A DNA stretch of 64,000 nucleotides from Candidatus Bathyarchaeota archaeon. Lineage in GTDB: Archaea > Thermoproteota > Bathyarchaeia > Bathyarchaeales > DTEX01. The translations under genes and the position numbers were made by a program. Positions 12,198 through 21,679 of the stretch are shown piece after piece. The stretch lies in contig CAVQNT010000006.1 of assembly GCA_963714275.1 (NCBI GenBank), forward strand, positions 160,001 through 224,000, read 5' to 3'. The notes under the pieces were generated by a model, which was not told the origin of the DNA, searched no databases, and saw only the letters and a list, made by a program, of their open reading frames with translations. The number at the start of each line of letters is the position of its first letter. Position 1 is the first letter of the stretch.

Positions 12198-12332
12198 ATG
12201 CAGGAGGCATTGGATGAAATGTTCAGGATAAGAATGAGTAACGAAACAAAAGAATATGCCAAGATGATGTTAACCTACACTGGAAGCATCGTTTTTGGCT
12301 ACATCGTCTTCTTCCTACTAACTTTACTCTAA
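12198..12332 (+). CDS. Putative small single-TM peptide (37-44 aa), below ORF-track cutoff
   Basis: MQEALDEMFRIRMSNETKEYAKMMLTYTGSIVFGYIVFFLLTLL; GGAGG precedes the TTG/ATG alternative starts. Confidence 0.4.
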   Translation: MQEALDEMFRIRMSNETKEYAKMMLTYTGSIVFGYIVFFLLTLL

Positions 12333-12439
12333 AACTGTCCAGCCAAAATAGCATTATTTGGCTTTGCCGTCTTTCGTTCAGAACTGATGGGAATGTGAAG
12401 GTTTATTTTCTCTGCATGATAGATTGTGCCTGAAAAGAC

Positions 12440-13355
12440 TTGGACTCCGAAGTAAACAAGGGTATTGTCTTCGACATCCAACGGTTCTCGATTCACGACG
12501 GACCAGGCATACGCACAACAGTTTTTTTGAAGGGTTGTTCGCTTCACTGTTTCTGGTGCCAAAACCCTGAGGGAATCCACCTGAAACCAGAGGTCATGTT
12601 CTACTCCGACAAATGCATCTATTGCGGAAACTGCCTTCTCGCATGCCCAAATGAAGCTCACGTTGTCCAAGGAAGCAATCATGTGTTTTTTCGCGAAAAA
12701 TGTAAAGCTTGCGGAAGATGCGTGGACACATGCTATTCAGGAGCGTTAGTGCTGGTTGGGCGCGAAATGACAGTTGACGAGGTTACCAACGAAGTCATGC
12801 GAGACAAAGTTTTTTACGACAAGTCAGGTGGCGGAGTCACATTGTCCGGAGGCGACCCCGTCGTACAGCACAGCTTTTCAAAGGCATTGCTAAAGCGGTG
12901 CAAAGCTGAAGGTCTACACACAGCCTATCGAGACCGCGGCAAATTTCCAGTGGCAAACCTTGGCTTCGTTGCTTCCCGTGACTGACCTTGTGATGATGGA
13001 CATCAAACATGTTGACCCCGAAAAGCATGAGAATGCAACTGGCGTTTCAAACAGGAACATTCTAAAGAATGCGGTGCAGCTGTCAAAAATCAGTAAACCT
13101 CTCATTGTACGCGTGCCTGTTATTCGCGGCATCAACGACACTATAGGTGAAATCGAAGCCATTGCTGAATTTGTTCAAGGATTTCCGAATCTTCAATATT
13201 TGGAACTGCTGCCGTTTCACCGTTTAGGAGAAGGCAAGTACAACGCCCTTGGTCTTAAGTATCCTGCGAGCAATTTGACTGCCCCAACCAAAAAAAGAAT
13301 GAAAGAACTGGCTGCTGCAACCAAAAAATTAGGTGTCAAGGTTCATGGATACTAG
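12440..13355 (+). CDS. Glycyl-radical enzyme activating enzyme (radical SAM with ferredoxin insert), indel near 12925
   Basis: HDGPGIRTTVFLKGCSLHCFWCQNPE, two CxxCxxCxxxC motifs, GGVTLSGGDP, LLPFHRLG. Confidence 0.95.
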
Positions 13356-13454
13356 CCTTAGTAATCTCTAAGGAAAAAGAAGAAGAGTTCGTTATTCTTT
13401 TATATATTACTCAAACAATCAAGCAAAAACAAACAAGCAGGATTGGGCTAAGGT

Positions 13455-15682
13455 ATGACTGCGAAGATTGCTGAGCTTAACATATGACCAGAGGCTGGCA
13501 GCCTTACGAGAAACCAAGATGCGGCAGACGCTGGAGAAGCAGGAGGCACTCCGCGTCATGGATCAAGATGACCATGGCAGAATCATGCCTCCGCCAGAGT
13601 TGAGGGACATAACCGAATACATGGGTCCGTCTGGCGAGATGGTGAGGGACGCAAAACTGAACAACTTCAAGCCTAAAAGCAACCATCCGACTGGAGGTTT
13701 CTTCGGCGCCAAAGCGTGCGGCGAAAACTTCAGGCTTTTCTTGAACGCTCATCCCGTGTACATTAACCCCATGAGTTCTCTGGCAGGAGGCTACATGGCT
13801 TACTTCATGGGTTACCGAAATCCAGGCTGGCCGCCTGAGTTTGATTTCTCGAATCTACAGGACGAACAAAAGAAATATGGCGTTTATACTGGGATCGGTG
13901 CGACCCAGCATTTCTGCCAAGACATGGTTATCGGCTTTAATCTGGGGTGGGGAGGCTTGCTCAAAAAAATCCGTCATTACCGTAAGACTAACCCCAAATC
14001 TGCGGATTTTTACGACGGTCTAGAACAAGTCATTCTTGGGACTCAAGACTGGATGAGCCGTCATGTTGAAGCTGCTAAGGGTATGGCTGTTGACGAAAAT
14101 AATCCTACTTTACGCAGGAATTTAGAGGAGATGGCTGAAATCAATAAGCGGCTGCTGACCGAGCCTCCTAGAACATTCCGTGAAGCCTGTCAGTGGACAG
14201 TATGGTACCAGATGATTGCCCGCATGTACAACGGCAGTGGTTCGATGGGGCAGATTGACGATTGGCTTAAATCCTTTTATGAACGGGAGTCCGCAGCTGG
14301 CACCCTCACTGATGAAGAGGCAATCTTTCACCTTGCTTGCCTGTTACTCAACGATACGCAGTATTACCAGCTGGGGGGACCCGACGCTGAAGGCAAAGAC
14401 ACAACGAACAAAGTATCTTTTCTCGTTTTAGAAGCGGTTCACAGGCTGAAAGCCCCAGCAAACATAGGCATACGGGTTTTTGATGGTCTCGACCCTGAGC
14501 TGCTCAGTAGAAGCGTCGAAATCATGTTTGAAGATAAAACAGGATTCCCCAAGTTCTTGGGAGACAAAGGAATTGTTGAGGGCTTCGAAAAAAACGGTTA
14601 TTCGGTGCAGGTTGCCCGTCAACGTATCTATTCGGGTTGCCACTGGTTCGCCATCCCAGGGCGAGAGTACACTTTAAACGACTGCGTAAAAATTAACTTC
14701 GCAACAGTTTTTGAGGTTGCCTTTTGGGACATGATGAACAACACCGACATTGAGCCCTGCGTCGACGAGCTGTGGCATAGTTTTGAGAAGCATCTGCGTC
14801 GGGCTGTTGAGGTCACCAAGGAAGGGCTTGACTTTCACATGAAACACATGCATCAGGTCTTCCCTGAGCTGGTTTTGGACTTGCTGTGTTATGTCACGAT
14901 AGAGAAAGGCTTGGACGCATCCAACGGCGGCGTAGAATATTACAACCTGTGCATAGATGGGTCAGGTCTTGCCACCGTCGCCGATTCTTTCGCCGCGGAC
15001 TGAACAAAGGGTCGAAAAAGAGAACCGATTAACGTGGCATCAGCTCGCTGAACACATGAAAAACGACTACAAGGATGCGGAGAATACACGGTTAATGCTG
15101 AGCAGCATTCCACGGTACGGTCGCGGAGGCACACGGGCGGACGAATGGGCTGTCCGCATAGTCCAAGCCTTCACGCGGTTCGCAAAGTTGAAGCCGACCC
15201 CAGCGGGATTCAACGTGATTCCTGGGCTGTTTTCGTGGGCATCAATGATTTCGATGGGTCAAACAGTCGGGGCTACACCAAATGGTCGACATGCTTACGC
15301 TCCTATTTCGCATGGGGCTAGTCCTGACCCAGGATTTCTGAAAGGTGGTAACGCTCCTACTGCCATGGCTGTGGCTGTTGCGTCTGTCCAGTGTGGTTAT
15401 GGGAACACTGCTCCGTTGCAGACTGACATGGACCCAGGCTTAGCCAGCGGCGATGAAGGGGTCGCAAAGGTTGAGGCTCTGATAAGGGGGCACTTTGAAT
15501 TGGGCGGAACCATGATTAACATGAACGTCATCGACAAGAAACAGGTTCTCGAAGCCCACCAAGATCCGTCCAAATATCCTAACCTGATTGTGCGCGTGAC
15601 AGGCTTCAGCGCATACTTCGCAAGCCTTTCCAAGAACCTTAGGCAATTAGTCGTGGACAGGATATTGGCTGAAGAAACATAA
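13455..15682 (+). CDS. Glycyl radical enzyme (PFL superfamily) of unknown specificity, indel near 15000
   Basis: C-terminal IVRVTGFS glycyl loop, GATPNGR, Cys loop YSGCHW; adjacent activase. Confidence 0.92.
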
Positions 15683-15976
15683 TTTTGCGTCGAAAAAGGA
15701 TTTCAACCTTAATTTTTAATGTTTTCTTTTGAGCTTAACGCGCAGTGTTGTCAACTTTTTTGGATATAATATGCTAAAAACTCAAGTTTATTACGAAGAA
15801 TAAGCGTGTTTTAGCCTTCTTTCTGTAAGGTGGAAATCGTGGTTAAAATAGGTTAAATCCAATGTTTAACTAAATATGTAAACATTTTACGTATAAAAAG
15901 AAAGGTCTGATAATCATTCTATTGGAGTAACTTTACCTTAGTCAGTGAGAAAAGAAAAAAAAGAAGTAATAATAGA

Positions 15977-17067
15977 TTACGTTGGCGTAACTTGAAGAAA
16001 TCCTAATGCAACCAGTTCGACTATAAGGTCGGCTTGTTTCGCGTCCAACTTGTCTTTTTCAAAAGAAATATAGCCAATATCACTAAAATCAGATGCGAAG
16101 GTAACTGTATCTTCTTTCAGTATTACAATCTTGTTACCGTATAAAACTGATGCTGCACCAAAAGTTCATAAACAACATTATCGCTCGGACGATAAAATTT
16201 CTTACCCTCAGCATCAGTCGTTTCTTCGTCTGCTGTAAAAATGAATATTCCCGAAGTGCATAGTTTCATAAGTTCGGCTACTTTTACTCCGATAGGAAGA
16301 CCCCTATGTGGTTCTTCTTCAGCGACCTTGAAATTAACTTTAAATTTGTTCAGTATACGTTCCAGTTGTTCAAGTGGTCGTTTGTTCTTGCCATGTGCCA
16401 CAAAAATCTGTTTAACTACTGGCTTTAGTTCTTGGGGTGGTGGAGGAGGTGGTTTCTTTTCTTCATGCTCTTCTGGTTTTGGGACTGACCCAAGCTTGTC
16501 TAACCTTAAGTATATTTTATTCTGCAGGTCTTGTGTTATACCCAATTCATCGATATTTTTCTTAATCACCTTGTAGCAGCTTCGGCATCGTTTTTTTCTA
16601 GATGATGGACTCTAATTAATGTGTTGTTAAACACGTCTTCGGGAGGTATGACTTTACCATTGATGCTCTCAAGTACGTCTTTGAACAAATCAGGTGTTAG
16701 CAAGCTTTGAGTTAGCTGTATTCACATCTTCGCCTGTACTGGGAGCGACTATCAAGCCACCTAACGGTGAAAGTGAAATAGTTTTTGTTATATCTTGTTG
16801 CCAACTTCCTTCAGTCAGACCATATCTTGTAGATGACCTGATTAGTTCCGCAAAACTACTACTATTGGGACTATATCCTACTTTCTCTACTAAATCACCA
16901 AGAGCAAAGGGATTCCCAGCATTATTTTCCCATATTGCTTTTGGTACCTTCAATGCTTCCTGCAATGAATTTCTTGGAAAGTAAATGGTGCCGACTTTCC
17001 TTCCCCTTTGTCCTTCAGTTTTAGCTTCAGGAGAAGGACCTTGCGTTGACTCATTCTGTTTACTCAT
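15977..17067 (-). CDS. TIR-like nucleotide-binding domain protein (Cap12/PycTIR-type TIR) with N-terminal helical/wHTH-like region; indels
   Basis: IFVAHGKN...GIFIFTADE...RPSDNVVYELGAASVLYG...SDFSDIGYISF reconstructed across frames. Confidence 0.8.
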
Positions 17068-17150
17068 AAAGCCACTTCTCCAAAATATAATATATTTTTT
17101 ATGATTATACCCTTATTCAATATAATATCGTTGACCTCTCATTAAGATAT

Positions 17151-17483
17151 CTATGAAGAAATATAGGTCCCTTCCTTCCATTGCGGACATTGCCTTCGCA
17201 AACATTCTGACATAACGAGATGTCCATGAGCCTTCGCCTTAGAGTTACGACATATCGCCCTTATTTCGACGATTTCTGTTCTCTGTCCTTTTTCGTCCTT
17301 TTTACCAACGAGCCTGTGGAATTCCCTTTCAGAACTCTTATCGAACCATTTGCAGTCTTTACAGAATTTTTCCTTTTTCTCTCCTTTTCTTTCACATTTC
17401 TCATCTGGACTTTTAACTTCTTTTTTTATAGTTTCTACCTTTTCGTTCACACATTTCACCTGGTGCGGAGATGTCCAGTACAC
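17151..17483 (-). CDS. Small Cys-rich hypothetical protein (virus-like)
   Basis: FCKDCKWF...AIC...QCPQW pattern. Confidence 0.5.
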   Translation of the reverse strand: MYWTSPHQVKCVNEKVETIKKEVKSPDEKCERKGEKKEKFCKDCKWFDKSSEREFHRLVGKKDEKGQRTEIVEIRAICRNSKAKAHGHLVMSECLRRQCPQWKEGTYISS

Positions 17484-17558
17484 GAGTTATAACTCGTATG
17501 TAGAAGTAGAACGAATTAATGCAGTCGATATTGTTTCTAATTTGTTTCACTTAACAAA

Positions 17559-18404
17559 CTAACATTTTTGCTTAAATTCCTCAATTTTCTCTTTTGAGAT
17601 TTCTATTAGGTCGAGTTGGTCAATAAATCTTGCGACAAATTCGAGTGCGGTTTGGCATTCCAAAGGAGTATGAATTTTTCCTTCATGAAGCCTTTCAGAA
17701 CCTTCATCATATATAAAGTAAAGCATGTCATATGAGGGAAGATTAAGTTCCTTTGAATTAGGAAGAAATGAACTCATCGGTCCTATCCAGCTGAATCCAA
17801 ATTTTTCTTTAATAGCTAATTCAATAGCTGTTCTTAAATGATTTAGAACCTCTTCCGGTCGTCCATTTTTAAATTCTTGCCTCGCCTTCTCAAGGTCTTC
17901 TCTCGCATTAACATATTTGCGTCTTTTTTGAAATATATAATCCTCACTTCTAATCTTTTTCATACAAACCCAATTTGTTCGATACATGTATTTCCGTGCA
18001 TAATCCATTGTTTTGTCAAAAGCATCTCTATATCTTTTTAGCGCCTTTTCCAAGTTCGCTAAATATAGATAGGTTTTATCATGAATCAAACCTTTGTCAT
18101 TTTGCACAATATCTCTTATGTATTTCTCGATTTCTCGTGTTGATAATTTCTCATCAATAGCTTCTTTCAGAGATATATCAGTCAAAAACTTCAAGGTTTT
18201 TGCATCAATTTCATATACTTTATCGAGGAACACATCAAAAACCCATTCCTTAGTTTCAGAAGCTCTTCTTTCATAAGAGAATGAACTTTTAAGGCTTGGG
18301 TCAAGCATCAAGGTCGAATGTAAGTTCCAATAAAGTTTTTCAACAAACATCAGGTCTTCTCTTATTCCTAGAAGGATATGCTGAAACTTTTGTGCATCGC
18401 TCAA
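17559..18404 (-). CDS. Protein with C-terminal HEPN-like helical domain
   Basis: DLEKARQEF...LRTAIELAIK...SERLHEG...ECQTALEFVARFI matches the HEPN helix pattern; canonical Rx4-6H not clear. Confidence 0.55.
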   Translation of the reverse strand: MSDAQKFQHILLGIREDLMFVEKLYWNLHSTLMLDPSLKSSFSYERRASETKEWVFDVFLDKVYEIDAKTLKFLTDISLKEAIDEKLSTREIEKYIRDIVQNDKGLIHDKTYLYLANLEKALKRYRDAFDKTMDYARKYMYRTNWVCMKKIRSEDYIFQKRRKYVNAREDLEKARQEFKNGRPEEVLNHLRTAIELAIKEKFGFSWIGPMSSFLPNSKELNLPSYDMLYFIYDEGSERLHEGKIHTPLECQTALEFVARFIDQLDLIEISKEKIEEFKQKC

Positions 18405-18760
18405 GATAAATCAAATACACTAGGATTGTTTGCGCTTTTAAGATTACGTTCCCGTATGAACTTAGTTTCTAAATGTGTATATTGTTAATGCACGCTATAT
18501 TTCTAGCTAATAACCATTGGCAAGACTTCAAGTGATTCTTGGTCGTCTCTTTCTAACTTACTACTACATTCTTTACTCGTTTCTCTAACGATTTACTCTG
18601 ACTTGTCTAAAAACGAGTTAAATAATAGGAACTTGGACATTTCTCGGAAAACTCTTGGAAGAAATAAAATTGAACCAAGTAGGAAGACCGCGTAAGCCTG
18701 GTCCCGATACAGGAGTTCGTGAGTACTGGCGCAAATATTAGCTAGCTCACTGCTAGCTTT

Positions 18761-19174
18761 TTATCCATCGAACACAATATGGCGGTTAACATCCTTGATG
18801 TCTTCCTTCTCTTCGTCGCCTTTCTCCTTGTTCACTCTAACCCATTCCAGAAACTTGAAGAATCGCTTAAGTTGTGTCTTGTAAAGGCTAAGTACTCCTT
18901 CTATGTGATGTTTCCCTTCTTCAACCATGAAGTTTTGTAAGTCTTCCTTCGACATCATTTCGTACGGTTTACGTACGCTCACTCCTAAATGGTGAAGAGT
19001 CGTTAAGTACGCACTCCTCGTACTCAACTTGCATCCTACCTCTAACTCGTTAAATTGGTCGAAAGAAGATAACGCCGTGAGTTGCTCTTTCGATAACTTC
19101 TCGCTCCTCAACACTCTCTCGATGTCTGTAATTTCTGATTTTATTTTGTTATCCATTTCCGATTTCGACCTCAT
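18761..19174 (-). pseudogene. Truncated tyrosine integrase, N-terminal core-binding/SAM-like domain only
   Basis: STRSAYLTTL...KPYEMMSKEDLQNF...YKTQLKRFFKFL; no catalytic domain follows. Confidence 0.65.
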
Positions 19175-19243
19175 TTTAGTCTTATTTTTTATGCGCGATA
19201 ATAGACTCTACCTTAGTTATAAAGTTGAGTATACCTCAAATTT

Positions 19244-20321
19244 TTGGATAGAAACTCTAATCTACAGCGCACTGTATTTTTGGTTGGCGGTCATGTTTTG
19301 AGGATTAAGTGGAAAAGCGGAGTTCAGGTCGAGTATGGAAACGTAAAGATTATGCTTGACCCTCAAAGCAACCGTCTCAGCCACTGTTTAGTTTTTGTGA
19401 GCCACGGTCACTTCGACCATTCAACTGCGTTCAGAATGGACGAGATGCCCAAATACTCTTCGCAACAAACGTTCGACCTAATCGCTAGCTTCGGAATACA
19501 ACCCGAAAACTGGCAACCGCTGACAGTAGGTAAGAAGGTCGTTTTTGACGATGTTGAGGTTGTTCCCTACAACTCCGGTCACGTCTTAGGCTCCTACGAG
19601 TTTGACGTTAGGACGCCTGAAGGAAACGTGCTTTTCACGGGAGACTTCAACACCGAATACACGAAGACCATGAAACCCGCAGAGCCCATACAATGCGACA
19701 TACTCGTTTTGGAAGCAACCTTTGGCTCTCCAAGACTTCGTTTTTCCCCCTGAAGATGTAATAGGCAAGGAAATGGTCGACTGGGCAAAGAAGGTCATAA
19801 AATCAGGAAAAATCCCAACTTTCCAAGCTGACCCCCTTGGAAACGCGCAGGAAATAATAGGCATATTCAGAGAATCAGGCATTCCTGTTGTTACGCACTG
19901 GAAGGTCTCAAGGATTAACCGTATCTACGAAGCCCACGGGCACAAGCTTGATTATGTGGACACAAAAACGAATGAAGCCCAAGAAATCACGGACTCAGGC
20001 AACCTCATCTATGTGACGCCTAAGCAGCTAGACCTTCAGGATCATCCCGAGTTTGTTCCTGCATTGGTTTCTGGATGGGCGTTGTGGGCTCGGAAAACAG
20101 CTTTCCCGCTGAGTGACCATGCCGATTTTCCGAGGTTGATAAAGTTTGTTGAAGATTGCCGACCTAAAACTGTGCTTACGTGCCACGGAAGCAGGTTCAG
20201 CGACACCCTTGCCCACTATATTGAAAAGAAACTCGGAATCAGGGCGTACCCAATCGACCTTATTCCTACAAGCCTTCGTTCCGAGAACCCTAAACACCAA
20301 GTTCAGGAAACTCTTAAATGA
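19244..20321 (+). CDS. Beta-CASP-like MBL-fold nuclease, indel near 19735
   Basis: SHGHFDH, SGHVLGS, FTGDF, LEATFG, LSDHADF, TCHG. Confidence 0.85.
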
Positions 20322-20358
20322 AGCCCAAGACAACAACTCGTCAAAAAGGTGAATTAAG

Positions 20359-21570
20359 GTGGTTAGACCCGTAACCTTCACGAATCAAGGGCAACAACTC
20401 ATGGGCGTCCTCCACGTGCCAGACGACCTGAAACCAGAACAGAAAGCTCCCACCATAGCTATGTTCCACGGATTCACGGGACACAAGTCCGAAACTCACA
20501 GGCTTTTTGTCCGCATTGCCAGAGCCTTATGCAGTGCAGGGTTCGTTGTTTTACGTTTCGATTTCAGGGATTCAGGAGACAGCGACGGCGACTTCGAGAA
20601 CATGACCGTAGCAGGAGAAGTAAGCGACGCAGAACAGGCAATAACCTTCCTGTCGGGATTGCCTGAGGTTAATGACAAAACCGTAGGCGTCATCGGATTA
20701 AGCATGGGCGGAAGAGTCGCAGCGATCCTTGCCTCAAAAGACAACCGCGTGAAGTTCGTTGCATTGTATTCCGCAGCGTTGGCTCCGTTAAAGCCGAAGT
20801 TCTGGCAAGGTCTCAGCAACGAAACCGTCGGGAAGCTCGAGAAAGGCGAAGCCATCCAGCTTAATGGCGGATGGTACGTGAAGAAGCCTTTCTTCGACAC
20901 CCTCGACGAAACTGTCCCGCATGAAGTTATGAGCAGAATTAAGGTTCCCGTCCTGATAGTCCACGGTGACTCTGACCAAACTGTTCCCCTGGAAGGAGCT
21001 GCTAAAGGCTACGAAATCGTCAAAGACCTGAACACCAAAAACGAGCTCTACATCGTCAAAGGCGGAGACCACGTCTTCTCAACAAGGGAACACACGCAGG
21101 AAGTCACCGAAAAGACTGTTGGATGGCTGAAATCACTTGACCTAAAAGGTCTTGCACAACAGGCTCTAAAAGAAGCGTTCGAGCCATCGATAGATTACGT
21201 TAAGCCGTGGTTCCACGGTTCGCCACAAAGGTTCAGCATCCTTCGCAAAGGAAGCACAATAACCCAAGAAGAAGAACTCGCCAGAGTGTTCTCCCACGAA
21301 CCCACATTAGTCAACGTCTCAGACAATGGCATAATAAAGCATGATGGCAAAAAATCGGGATTCCTCTACCGAATCACGGAAGACATTTTTCCGGAAGACG
21401 TTCAATCCCACCCACAGTCAACCATGCAGCCGGGAAAGGAATGGATTACGACGAAAGACCTTCAGGTTGAACAGGTGGGCGTAACATTCATCACCCCTAA
21501 AGAAATCCTAACAAGCAAAGAAATCGCGAAACTAAAAGAAAAACTCAAAACGAAACCCAGTAAAACTTAA
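20359..21570 (+). CDS. Alpha/beta hydrolase fused to a C-terminal ADP-ribosyltransferase-like domain
   Basis: HGFTG, GLSMGG, HGDSDQTV, GDHVF triad; tail WFHGS...STIT...FLYRI...EW. Confidence 0.8.
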   Translation: MVRPVTFTNQGQQLMGVLHVPDDLKPEQKAPTIAMFHGFTGHKSETHRLFVRIARALCSAGFVVLRFDFRDSGDSDGDFENMTVAGEVSDAEQAITFLSGLPEVNDKTVGVIGLSMGGRVAAILASKDNRVKFVALYSAALAPLKPKFWQGLSNETVGKLEKGEAIQLNGGWYVKKPFFDTLDETVPHEVMSRIKVPVLIVHGDSDQTVPLEGAAKGYEIVKDLNTKNELYIVKGGDHVFSTREHTQEVTEKTVGWLKSLDLKGLAQQALKEAFEPSIDYVKPWFHGSPQRFSILRKGSTITQEEELARVFSHEPTLVNVSDNGIIKHDGKKSGFLYRITEDIFPEDVQSHPQSTMQPGKEWITTKDLQVEQVGVTFITPKEILTSKEIAKLKEKLKTKPSKT

Positions 21571-21679
21571 ACCTCGTCGCATCCAAAGACTCGTTTTTTT
21601 CGATAAGCTTAAGCGCCAACAGTAAACTTAACAATACGCTGAATACTCATAATTATTTTGTTAAGGTAGTTGGTCAAAA

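Larger units (their letters stand above)
15751..19260. mobile_element. Degenerate integrative island carrying defence-like cargo
   Basis: AT-richer block with all genes on the minus strand and an integrase N-terminal fragment at the right end; weak direct repeat TTTTTGGATAnAA at both ends. Confidence 0.55.
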
